A DNA stretch of 32,000 nucleotides, taken from Sulfolobus acidocaldarius DSM 639. Its GTDB lineage: Archaea > Thermoproteota > Thermoprotei_A > Sulfolobales > Sulfolobaceae. The notes beneath the pieces were generated by a model. The model did not search any database and was not told the DNA's origin. It worked only from the letters and a program-made list of their open reading frames with translations. How positions within the stretch are numbered: the first letter of the stretch is position 1; the number at the start of each line of letters is the position of its first letter. The stretch lies in the NCBI RefSeq assembly GCF_000012285.1, contig NC_007181.1:1050001-1082000 (forward strand), in the 5' to 3' direction. The position numbers and the translations under genes were made by a program. This document shows positions 1-8,407 of this stretch, in pieces.

Positions 1-8
1 CGCTAGTC

Positions 9-545
9 TTATAAGTATTTTAGTTCTCCGTTTTCTATCCTGGCGCACTCTGTAAGCTTATGGCTAATAGTCTTATTCTTTCCAAGTACGTGAATAACTT
101 CCACTGATTTGTAGTAGAGCCAATCAGATATTATCTTCCTATGGCAGTTCCACGGAAGGCTTTCAGCACACATTATAGCTACTGTTCTAGTTGAACACAA
201 GTGTAGAAGATCTTCCAATGCTTTTTTAGCGTCAACTGACTTGAGGATATACGTGGCAAAAGCTCTAAAGCTATCGTCCTTGAAACATCTTCCAATACCA
301 TCGTCTTTGATGTCTTTGCCAAACCTCCTATAACCTCCTAAACTCTCAAACCAGATATACTGAATACCATTATCCTCAAGAGTTATGGATAAATTCTCTT
401 TGTTAAAATGAGGGAAACTTTTACTCCTAGGCCATCTCCTAACATCAATCAAAACCTCTATTTTATATGCTGAAAGGAGATTTAAGAACTCGCTAATGGT
501 TCTGTTTGAATGCCCTATTGTATATGCTTTGATAGTTGTCATCAA
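9..545 (-). CDS. DUF488-family protein (function unknown)
   Basis: 178-aa ORF. The N-terminus MMTTIKAYTIGHSNRTISEFLNLL...VLIDVRRWPRS matches the TIGHS / DVR..P.S pattern I associate with DUF488 (YeaO-like) proteins. A TTTTATAA box lies about 25 nt upstream of the start on the minus strand. Confidence 0.7.
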   Translation of the reverse strand: MMTTIKAYTIGHSNRTISEFLNLLSAYKIEVLIDVRRWPRSKSFPHFNKENLSITLEDNGIQYIWFESLGGYRRFGKDIKDDGIGRCFKDDSFRAFATYILKSVDAKKALEDLLHLCSTRTVAIMCAESLPWNCHRKIISDWLYYKSVEVIHVLGKNKTISHKLTECARIENGELKYL

Positions 546-710
546 TGGTCACTAGTTTCTGATTATAAAATAACTTCATGATTGTAAGTGAGATAAACTT
601 GACTGCTTCAGTATTATGAAGAGAGAACATGATTAAATTTTATGCTTTAGTGTTTTTATTCTCCCCAATCCCTCTAAGAGCCTTTTAGCGAAAAAATAAG
701 ATCAATCTGA

Positions 711-1121
711 TTATTTCTCTCCAACAAATTCATATGGACTTTCAGTTGGCCAATTAGGTAACAAAGGAACAAACATAATTCCAGCTACCGCAACATACCT
801 AAGCGTGGTCTTACCTGTATTAAAGACCCTGTGTGGAGTATTCTCCTTGATGTAGACTGAATCGTTAGCCTTAATCTCGTATTTTACTCCATTAATTTCG
901 ACTACACCTTCTCCGTCTAGAACATAATATACTTCTTCGCAGTTATGTTTATGAAGGGGAGTTGAGTTATTTGGCTCTACCTCAACTACACCTAAAACTA
1001 AGGATTTGACAGGAAAACCAGTCTCTGGATATATTACTTTCCAATCCTTAACGCCTCGCTTTATTTCCATCGCCGATCCTGGTTTCCACTGATCTCTTCT
1101 AATTACAACTTTTGTATCCAT
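711..1121 (-). CDS. cupin-domain protein
   Basis: Two-motif cupin signature: PLHKHNCEEVYYVLDGEG ... YIKENTPHRVFNTG. The ORF-track start at 1145 is TTG. The ATG at 1121 (MDTKVV...) lies about 22 nt downstream of a TTTTTATT TATA-like box, so I prefer 1121. The stop is unambiguous. Confidence 0.75.
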   Translation of the reverse strand: MDTKVVIRRDQWKPGSAMEIKRGVKDWKVIYPETGFPVKSLVLGVVEVEPNNSTPLHKHNCEEVYYVLDGEGVVEINGVKYEIKANDSVYIKENTPHRVFNTGKTTLRYVAVAGIMFVPLLPNWPTESPYEFVGEK

Positions 1122-1390
1122 ATATATCGTATTGCGAAGTCTCAATAAAAACCGATTACTCTCCCATTTTTTATTTTAACTCTCATCATATAATTTTAGG
1201 ACTGCAAGTGAGAAAACATGGAGAAATAAGGGAAAATAAGTAAGCTTAATTTCTATTAACTATCAGTGTATTTCACAGAAAAAGCTTCTAATTTGAGCCT
1301 TTCAACAAAAAATTAGCATATGCAATGCGACACCTGGCTTTTGAAATTTAGATAAAGAAATAAGCTATCTCAGTACAGTTTTCCTTATGT

Positions 1391-1413
1391 GTAATACGTA
1401 AGTACCGTATTAC
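1391..1413. other. perfect 8-bp stem / 7-nt loop hairpin in ORF-free DNA
   Basis: GTAATACG (1391-1398), loop TAAGTAC, CGTATTAC (1406-1413), read directly. It is followed by T-rich sequence on the + strand. Function unknown. Confidence 0.5.
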
Positions 1414-1505
1414 TTTCAATTTATCTTATGATTAAAAAATCCTCTGTTTCCTCTCCATTTTAGGTTTTCTGCTTTCTCTTAATCAAGACAACATAATACA
1501 GTGTT

Positions 1506-1534
1506 AAGTTAACTTCAACTTAACTTGACAACTT
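1506..1534. repeat. AAGTTAACTT palindrome followed by three more AACTT pentamers
   Basis: Sequence aagttAACTTcAACTTAACTTgacAACTT. Positions 1506-1515 form a perfect 10-bp palindrome. AACTT recurs at 1511, 1517, 1522 and 1530. Confidence 0.5.
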
Positions 1535-2044
1535 TACACCCAGTTTTCAACCACCTTAGTAACAACACAAATAAGGATAAAACCTTCAAACAAGATAAAG
1601 TTTAAAGATTGCCGAGTTTCCACTCCACCAACAATTTTTCGTAGAAAAGGATAGTATAAATCAATAAAACTACAGTGAAGGAAAATTAATGTTTAATTCT
1701 TCGGGAGCTGAGAATTAATGAATAATTGTTGAGAATGTAAAATTAAACCCCTAAAATTAACGTATGTAGACTCTAGAGATAGGATATAGATAGTTCCTAT
1801 GAAAGATACTTTATTTAGTTAAAGGAAATTAAAATTATTTTAAAAAGATTGAGATAAATTGTATTGCAGTTTGCTTCACACATTAGTAACTGGTATCAAT
1901 ATAGTAATAATCTGTATAGCTGTAACATTAGATTGTACTTCAAAACTTAGTTTAGAGACAAAGGTTGTGAAAAGCGTTATGAATTTGTTTGAGAAGGTTG
2001 TTAACAAAGTAAACTTTATTTATATCCTTAACTAACTATTACAT

Positions 2045-2290
2045 ATGAGTACACTAGTGAGAGTAGATGAGGAAGTAAAAAGAAGTCTCATCAGAATATC
2101 CTCAGAACTGCAACAAAATAAGGGAGAAAAAGTAAGTATCAATGATACAATAAAATTCCTCATAGACTTTTATGATAAGAGTAAAGAGGTAAAAAAAGAC
2201 CCTCAATTATTGCTCTCACTACTCGGTTCGATGAAAGGGATTAGGGAAGAATTAGAGAAGGCTAGGGAAGAAGATGAAAGCGATTATTGA
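2045..2290 (+). CDS. vapB: VapB-type antitoxin (ribbon-helix-helix-like)
   Basis: 81-aa ORF overlapping the downstream PIN gene by 17 nt. The N-terminal STLVRVDEEVKRSL strand-helix pattern is typical of RHH/CopG antitoxins, and the C-terminus is acidic. Confidence 0.7.
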   Translation: MSTLVRVDEEVKRSLIRISSELQQNKGEKVSINDTIKFLIDFYDKSKEVKKDPQLLLSLLGSMKGIREELEKAREEDESDY

Positions 2291-2666
2291 TACAGGAGTT
2301 TTAGTTGAAATCCTAGAGGGCTCAGATATAGGAGAAAAGATAACAAGGTTAATTATCCAAAACCAAATTGAGCCACTAATAACAGACCTTACCTTGACAG
2401 AGCTACAGTATGTTACGTGTAGAAAATATGGGAATAAGAGGGCAAACGAAGTTATCCAAAAACTACTAAAGAGCGGGTTTTTCGGAATAGTTAATAGTAT
2501 GAGGTTTGCTAGGAAGGCTGCTGAAATAAAATGTGCTCACAGTGTTTCTATAGTGGACGCGTTTAATATAGGAGCTGCTCAAGAACTGAAAATCAACGCT
2601 ATATTCAAAAAAGAGAAAGAGATAGATAAAAGCATATCAAACGTTGTCTTCGCGGATGAGCTATAA
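2274..2666 (+). CDS. vapC: VapC-type PIN-domain ribonuclease toxin
   Basis: 130 aa. PIN acidic residues sit in the expected positions (AIIDTG at the N-terminus, LTELQY, SIVDAF). It is translationally coupled to the upstream small ORF. Confidence 0.8.
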   Translation: MKAIIDTGVLVEILEGSDIGEKITRLIIQNQIEPLITDLTLTELQYVTCRKYGNKRANEVIQKLLKSGFFGIVNSMRFARKAAEIKCAHSVSIVDAFNIGAAQELKINAIFKKEKEIDKSISNVVFADEL

Positions 2667-3479
2667 CGTAGAATAGTCAATATGATTTGAATTAGCGTTT
2701 GTCATAATTTCTGTAAATTAGTAGAGAAAGAGAATATTGTAGCAAGAGAAGGAAACCTGATAAAATATAAATTTGTATTCATTTTACTGCTTATGTCTTT
2801 CCGATAATCTCTATTTCCTGAAGGGTTTTAACATAGACTTGCCATAGGTAAGAAACAGTTGTTTTTAAACGACTATTTTTAACATTTCCACCCATTTTCA
2901 TTAGTTAGGTCTCTTTACCTAGACAGATAAAGAACAGGATACTAAAACTAGATCTAAACCCGTAGAGGAGGATATTACAAACATGGATATTACTCCTCAA
3001 AGCAGTCACGAAGGAGATATACCTCGGACGTAATTTCCTTATTGTATTTATATTTGGAAGAAAAGTATAACTCAGTATGCACTTAAAAAATAGATATCAA
3101 GTAAATTCATTTGATAAAAATAAACAGTAAAGAACTAGCTAAACTGAGATAAGTTTCTGTTTATTTGACAGCTTTATGAAGAAATTAAGCCAATAAAAAT
3201 ATCTCTAATATCTTGATATAGTGATATTACCTGATTAGCGTAATACCCAATAACTTTGTTTCACAGAGCTATACCAATAGTGTATTTTCTCTGTAGTAAT
3301 ATTAATTATAATCAAAAATTTTGTTTTAATAGGTAAAATGGCTTTAATGATAAATATTTTATTTAGACTCTAAAATGATAAAAGTGGTTAATTAATAAAA
3401 CACTTTTTTATATTATAATTTAAAATCATCAAGTTTTTAGTATTTATAACTGGTATTAGCCCTCTCCCTTATTAATGTT

Positions 3480-3824
3480 GTGAGGGGAAAAGTGATAGGT
3501 GAAATGAACGAGCCCTTCTATTTTAAATCATATGATAAAGTAGTAGGAGTAGCCCATAACGAAAAAGAACTTGAAAAAGAGATTATGAGAATTGGTTCAG
3601 CTGATCCTCCATGTGTTAATTGGCATTTAGAGCAAGGTCATATAGTAGCATGGTTAAGATATATTGGAAATAACACCTTAGCCGAAATGCTGAAGGGCGT
3701 AAAAGATTACCGAGAGGCTCTTGCTAGAATAAGAGATTATTGGGTCTTGTCTGAAAATAAGAAGGCTAAAGAGGTAGATAGAGCTACGGAGAAGAGAAAG
3801 GCGAGATATAGTTTAAGGAGATAA
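3480..3824 (+). CDS. hypothetical protein, possibly DUF5752-like
   Basis: 114-aa ORF with a GTG start; an alternative ATG at 3504 gives MNEPFYF.... The pattern FYF...G.A.N..ELEKEI......VNWHL..GHIVAWLRYIGNNTLAEML resembles a small archaeal family I recall as DUF5752. The C-terminal tail is basic. The assignment is weak. Confidence 0.45.
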   Translation: MRGKVIGEMNEPFYFKSYDKVVGVAHNEKELEKEIMRIGSADPPCVNWHLEQGHIVAWLRYIGNNTLAEMLKGVKDYREALARIRDYWVLSENKKAKEVDRATEKRKARYSLRR

Positions 3825-3869
3825 GCTAAAAGACAATCCCAAATTGCCATCAGTGTTATTAGTGTTAGA

Positions 3870-4493
3870 TTATTCTATCTTTTTTCTCGGTAGTTCCCAT
3901 TTTAGTTCCATTGCTAAAATCCGTAAAATCAAGGTTATTAGAAATGAGACTATTAAAGCTACATCTTCAGGCACAGAGAGATCAGAGGCTATGAAATACA
4001 CGAAGGAACCTATTACAGCTGTGGTAGCATAAAACTCTCTAGTGAGGATTAAAGGCACTTCGTTTGATAGTATGTCCCTAATTACTCCACCTCCTACTGC
4101 TGTTATAGCCCCTACTATTACAACTAGAATTACATTGTTGGATACTGAGTAGGCTAATGAGGCACCTGAAGATGCAAAAGCACCTAACCCAATTGCATCA
4201 GCGTATAGTAGAGGTTTTCCCACATTGGTGAATATCCTATAGAAAACGAAGGTAGCTAAACTAGCTAGAAATGCGGTAATAGGATAAGGGTAATAGATTA
4301 GATTTGTGGGGGGAGTTTTACCCAATAACAGATTTGATATAATACCTCCTCCTAAGGCTGTTGAGAAACCTAATACTAGAACTCCTAAAAGATCCATGCC
4401 CTTCTTTACCGCTTTTATTGCCCCTGAGATTGCAAAGGCAACTATACCTATGTAATTAAATATATCAAATACGATTGATGATGAGACAATCAC
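3870..4493 (-). CDS. TRIC-family / UPF0126 trimeric cation channel
   Basis: 207 aa with about 7 TM segments. There is a duplicated glycine-rich UPF0126 motif (FSTALGGGIISNLLLG and ITAVGGGVIRDIL), as in prokaryotic TRIC channels. Confidence 0.8.
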   Translation of the reverse strand: MIVSSSIVFDIFNYIGIVAFAISGAIKAVKKGMDLLGVLVLGFSTALGGGIISNLLLGKTPPTNLIYYPYPITAFLASLATFVFYRIFTNVGKPLLYADAIGLGAFASSGASLAYSVSNNVILVVIVGAITAVGGGVIRDILSNEVPLILTREFYATTAVIGSFVYFIASDLSVPEDVALIVSFLITLILRILAMELKWELPRKKIE

Positions 4494-4658
4494 GTATGTG
4501 ATGAATTGAGTTTTGATTTAAAAAGTCTCTCCTCCCCTTATTACTATGTTCTTTCAGAGTAGCAATGTGTTTTCTTATGGATTTTAGATGATGATAAAGG
4601 TTTTTTGATATTAAATAAAAATAAGGAGTTATAAGTTGAGTAATCATATTTTTAATAT

Positions 4659-5411
4659 ATGGAGGAAGTTGTAAGAGCTTACCAAGAGGGTAATTTAAAC
4701 TATGCACTAAGAAAGATTAATGAGATTATTAAGAGTAATCCCTCCCCTGACATATATAACCTATTAGGAAAGATATTATTGGAGTTAGGTAAGGATGAAG
4801 AGGCACTTGAAGCCTTTAGACAGGCTAATAATAGGCTCGAAGTAGCTAGAATTTATATTCAAAAGGGTCTATATCAAGACGCATTAAATGAAATAAAGGA
4901 CGAAACAAATGATGAATCAAAGATATTGAGAGCATTAATTTACATTAAAATGGAGAATTTCGATAAGGCAAAAGAGGAGATAGCTAACATAAACTCCAAC
5001 TCTCCTCTGTTCCACAAGGTAAAGGGAATAGTGGAATACCATACTGCAAATTATTATGGGGCACTGAGATCCATAACAATAGCCTTAAGAGAATACCCCA
5101 TGGATGCTGAGCTATACTATTACAGAGCTCTAGTGAAAGCAGAGCTGGGGTTAGAATATGAGGATGACATAGATATGGCGATTAACCTAAACCCATACTA
5201 TGCTGAGTTATACTTCAGTAAAGGCGTAATATTGGAACAAAGGGGTAAATTAAATGAAGCCGTAAACTACTACAGTAAGGCAATAAAGTATAAGCCTGAA
5301 CTAGTTAAGGCTTATTACAGGAGAGCTAAAGTTTACATGAAACTGGGAATGGATCAAGAAGCTGAAAAAGATATAGAAAAAGTGAAGGAATTAACTGACA
5401 ACAAAAGTTGA
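4659..5411 (+). CDS. tetratricopeptide-repeat (TPR) protein
   Basis: 250 aa with repeated 34-residue A/Y/L-pattern helices, e.g. AELYFSKGVILEQRGKLNEAVNYYSKAIKYKPELVKAYYRRAKVYMKLG. Confidence 0.8.
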   Translation: MEEVVRAYQEGNLNYALRKINEIIKSNPSPDIYNLLGKILLELGKDEEALEAFRQANNRLEVARIYIQKGLYQDALNEIKDETNDESKILRALIYIKMENFDKAKEEIANINSNSPLFHKVKGIVEYHTANYYGALRSITIALREYPMDAELYYYRALVKAELGLEYEDDIDMAINLNPYYAELYFSKGVILEQRGKLNEAVNYYSKAIKYKPELVKAYYRRAKVYMKLGMDQEAEKDIEKVKELTDNKS

Positions 5412-6674
5412 CCTAGTAAAGTACTTCTTTAGTATTAAATTGGCTACATTTACTGCAGGAATGCCTGTAACTTGACCACCTGGATAAGTCCCTGCACTAC
5501 ATAAGTAAACATTATCGTACTTTGTTTCATATCCAAGCCTCTTTTCAAGGATAAATTCCTCCCTCATTGGTAGATGGTTCAAATCGCCGTAAGGCAAGTT
5601 ATAGATCTTTTCTGCGTTAAATGCGTTCAATTCATCGACATACTTAACTTTACTTTTAAGGTCTGGGAACATTTGGTAGAGATCCTCCAGGTCAGCCATG
5701 GTCTCCATCACTACACCGTTTCTACTCTTATCTAAGATAGACGGGAATAACAACTCACCAAATTCAGTGTCGAGAAGGGAATTCTCAAGACCTTTAAGCT
5801 TCTCAGGAAACCTGGGGTAGTCCGATAAAATAACATTGTATTTCTTCCATCCGGGATAATACCCCCTCTTAGGGACATTGGGAACGAGCTCAGGAAATTG
5901 TAAAGGACTAGTGGCTATCACAAATACATCACCGTCAACCACAGTGTTACCCATCCTTACACCAACCACCTTATCGTCTCTTACTATGAGCTCTTCTACC
6001 TTGCTGTTCACTCTTACTTCAACTCCCTTATCGATAGCATACTCTGCAATTTTCTGACTCACTGTACCCATTCCACCTTCTACTAAAGACCACTCAGGGG
6101 AAAAGAAGTAGGCAATAACATACGCCGAAGTCCTTTCCATTCCTGGATATATAAAGAACTCGTGGTAGTCCTCAGATATATACTCTGACAATACTTTCTT
6201 TGCTGGTTCCTGAATGAATTCCTCTAAACCGTATTTCTTAGCTTCCTCAAGGATCGAATCTTTTGTTGGTGGCTTTTCCACAAAAGTAAATTTATCATAA
6301 AGCAACTTCTTAAACTTCAACAATTTATCTTCAAATTCAGGGTATCTCGTTTCACCAGCCTTTATCATTTCTTCTCTTCTCTTCCTTGAATCTCTGTAGA
6401 ATGGTATTACCTTATCGTTGACGTAGAAGACCTGAAAAATATCGTTGTAAAGTAACGGAATCTTAAATTTATTAATAAGAAAACCAGGCATGAGACCCAA
6501 TACGTACGATGCTCTACTTAACTTCACACCCTGTATTTCGATAGTATCTGTCATTCCCCCTAACTTACTGTTAGCCTCTAAGAGTGTTACCTTAGCACCC
6601 TGTTCAGCGAGTAATGCAGAAAGTATTAATCCGTTATGACCTCCGCCTACAATAACTATTCTCTTTGTAGACAT
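5391..6674 (-). CDS. FAD/NAD(P)-dependent oxidoreductase, phytoene-desaturase (CrtI/COG1233)-like
   Basis: 427 aa. The N-terminal dinucleotide fold is IVIVGGGHNGLILSALLAEQGAKVTLLEANSKLGGM, and the C-terminal motif is AGTYPGGQVTGIP. The substrate is not inferable. Confidence 0.8.
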   Translation of the reverse strand: MSTKRIVIVGGGHNGLILSALLAEQGAKVTLLEANSKLGGMTDTIEIQGVKLSRASYVLGLMPGFLINKFKIPLLYNDIFQVFYVNDKVIPFYRDSRKRREEMIKAGETRYPEFEDKLLKFKKLLYDKFTFVEKPPTKDSILEEAKKYGLEEFIQEPAKKVLSEYISEDYHEFFIYPGMERTSAYVIAYFFSPEWSLVEGGMGTVSQKIAEYAIDKGVEVRVNSKVEELIVRDDKVVGVRMGNTVVDGDVFVIATSPLQFPELVPNVPKRGYYPGWKKYNVILSDYPRFPEKLKGLENSLLDTEFGELLFPSILDKSRNGVVMETMADLEDLYQMFPDLKSKVKYVDELNAFNAEKIYNLPYGDLNHLPMREEFILEKRLGYETKYDNVYLCSAGTYPGGQVTGIPAVNVANLILKKYFTRSTFVVS

Positions 6675-6678
6675 TATA

Positions 6679-7101
6679 TCACTTTCTCAAGATATGCCAA
6701 GTTCCTAGAGCTTTCGCACCTAGGACGTTATTCGCGTCATATAGGCTTAGGTCAACTACGACTGTAGTTTTACCTGCTCTTATTACCTTACCTATACACT
6801 TGAAGGGACCATCTTTCATAGCTTCTAGAAAGTTAACCTTTAGTTCCTGTGTAACTTGGTTGAACCCCTCGTTTACTGTCATAGTAGCAATTCCACCTGT
6901 GTAATCTAATACTGTCATTATTACTCCGCCATGCAGAATACCGCCCAATCTTGTGACATTTTCGGAGTAGTCAAAAGTAGTTTCTGCGTATCCTTTACTT
7001 ACCTTAACAACTTTGAGACCTATGTATGAGGCAAGTTTCTCTAGATTTAACATATATGTTATTTTTTCCTGATCAAAAAATCCGCTACTTTCGTCGGTCA
7101 T
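6679..7101 (-). CDS. PaaI-type hotdog-fold thioesterase
   Basis: 140 aa. The LHGGVIMTVLDYTGG motif is characteristic of PaaI/YdiI 4HBT-class-II thioesterases. There is a 4-nt gap to the downstream oxidoreductase, so a likely operon. Confidence 0.8.
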   Translation of the reverse strand: MTDESSGFFDQEKITYMLNLEKLASYIGLKVVKVSKGYAETTFDYSENVTRLGGILHGGVIMTVLDYTGGIATMTVNEGFNQVTQELKVNFLEAMKDGPFKCIGKVIRAGKTTVVVDLSLYDANNVLGAKALGTWHILRK

Positions 7102-7444
7102 AAAGATTACTATAAATATCTCATAAAAAACTCTTTCTTCTAAGATATTTGATTACAACACAGTGGCTTCTCACATACAATCAACAATTATTTTGTCTAA
7201 CCATGTAATCTTTATGTTATTGTTGTATTGATAGTAAAATTTCCTTGTAAATAATATACTTTAATCCGTTTACATAATCAAAAATAACGTATATTTTTAA
7301 AGATTCACAAAGTTGCATATATCAAAAGTTTTATATTATGCTATTATTGGCAAAAAATTGCAATATCCCAATTAGTTATGTAATTGAATATAACATAGTA
7401 TAAACTAGAGAAATTTTTATTAGGTTAAAAATTGAATATATTAT

Positions 7445-7792
7445 GTGAGCCAAGAAAAAATGGGCATAAATAAAGAAGTAATACGATGTTGTTATAAGAT
7501 TTCGGACACTGATGTTGACTGTTTATTAAAATTGATAGAGCTGAGAAAGCCTATAACGTCTGAAGAGCTATCTGACATGATGAAGGTTAGTAAGACGACA
7601 ATAGAGAATAGTCTCAAAAAATTGATGGACATAGGTTTAATTACAAGGGAGAAGAAGACAGATAAAAGGATAGGAAGACCGAAGTATTACTACACGTTGA
7701 TTATTAACTTTGAGGATAAAATGCGAAATGATTTACTGAATTGTTCTAAACTGATTGACCAAGTCATAAGTGAGGATATGGCTAGGATATAG
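7445..7792 (+). CDS. small winged-helix transcription regulator, Lrs14-like
   Basis: 115 aa with a GTG start. The wHTH core is ITSEELSDMMKVSKTTIENSLKKLMDIGLITREKK...GRPKYYY. Size and pattern fit the crenarchaeal Lrs14 family. Confidence 0.7.
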   Translation: MSQEKMGINKEVIRCCYKISDTDVDCLLKLIELRKPITSEELSDMMKVSKTTIENSLKKLMDIGLITREKKTDKRIGRPKYYYTLIINFEDKMRNDLLNCSKLIDQVISEDMARI

Positions 7793-7795
7793 AAC

Positions 7796-8398
7796 TCATT
7801 GGTTCTTGGCTGTCTCACGTTCTATTAGATCCTTCATTATCTGATAATCTTTTTCTCCTCTATACTTCTCTATGAGCTTAAGTATATTGTCTAGTTCCTC
7901 TTTAGAGTACGGAATCTCCACCATTTTAGCTAATTTCTCTAAAACGTCTACTAAAGGTTGAAGTGCCTCTATATATTCAGGTATTGTTGTTTCAGGTCTT
8001 TTCTCATATAAACTTAACAAACCTGTGGCTATTAACACGAAACCCCTACCTATGAGTTTTCTTAACTCCTCAGCCTGTTTTGACTTATCCTCAATCTTCA
8101 GTATTTCATCTTTCTTTTTACTCAGTTCCTTTAAGTATTCTACCAGTCTGACTTTCTGAATTTCTAACGTGAGTAATGAATCTCTAACGGTCTTTGATGC
8201 TATGTACCTTACTTCTCCACCTGTATTGACTATAACCACATCTCCCTTTATGAACAAGTTTTCAATACTTCTCTGTATTGACTCAGCCGTTACGAATAAT
8301 GACAAATTAGAGAATAAAGTTCTAGAATCTAAGCCTGAAGGACCAGCCTGAGCTATCGTAGTTAAGACTAGCCTATCTCTTTTTTGCTCAAACTCCAT
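7796..8398 (-). CDS. hypothetical protein (N-terminal winged-helix-like, central coiled coil)
   Basis: 200-aa ORF with an ATG start. The N-terminal roughly 70 aa look wH-like, followed by a K/E-rich heptad region and a short hydrophobic segment, GFVLIATGLLSLY. I recognise no catalytic motif. Confidence 0.55.
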   Translation of the reverse strand: MEFEQKRDRLVLTTIAQAGPSGLDSRTLFSNLSLFVTAESIQRSIENLFIKGDVVIVNTGGEVRYIASKTVRDSLLTLEIQKVRLVEYLKELSKKKDEILKIEDKSKQAEELRKLIGRGFVLIATGLLSLYEKRPETTIPEYIEALQPLVDVLEKLAKMVEIPYSKEELDNILKLIEKYRGEKDYQIMKDLIERETAKNQ

Positions 8399-8407
8399 AC
8401 ACTGATT

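Noticed and set aside
1186-1196. ATGATGA heptamer on the minus strand just upstream of the cupin gene.
   Set aside because: No D box lies within 40-70 nt downstream, and the downstream sequence runs into the cupin promoter and start.
4588-4606. Perfect C-box heptamer ATGATGA followed by a 12-nt spacer in the TRIC/TPR intergenic region.
   Set aside because: No CTGA D or D' box follows at any plausible distance, so this is probably a chance occurrence in AT-rich promoter DNA.
8169-8351. Many 60-130-aa ORFs in the track lie antisense or out of frame inside strong CDSs. They are 3844-4032, 4465-4707, 8169-8351, 8977-9198, 9293-9547, 9667-9864, 12103-12345, 12765-12950, 13032-13262, 13963-14280 and 14418-14606. 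The rest are 16224-16457, 19021-19404, 22397-22690, 23431-23613, 26100-26420, 26835-27110, 27243-27506, 27720-27947, 28545-28754, 29855-30058 and 31099-31323.
   Set aside because: Each is fully or mostly embedded in a longer ORF with clear family motifs. Their translations are low-complexity (S/L/F/I-rich) with no motifs, which is typical of shadow ORFs.
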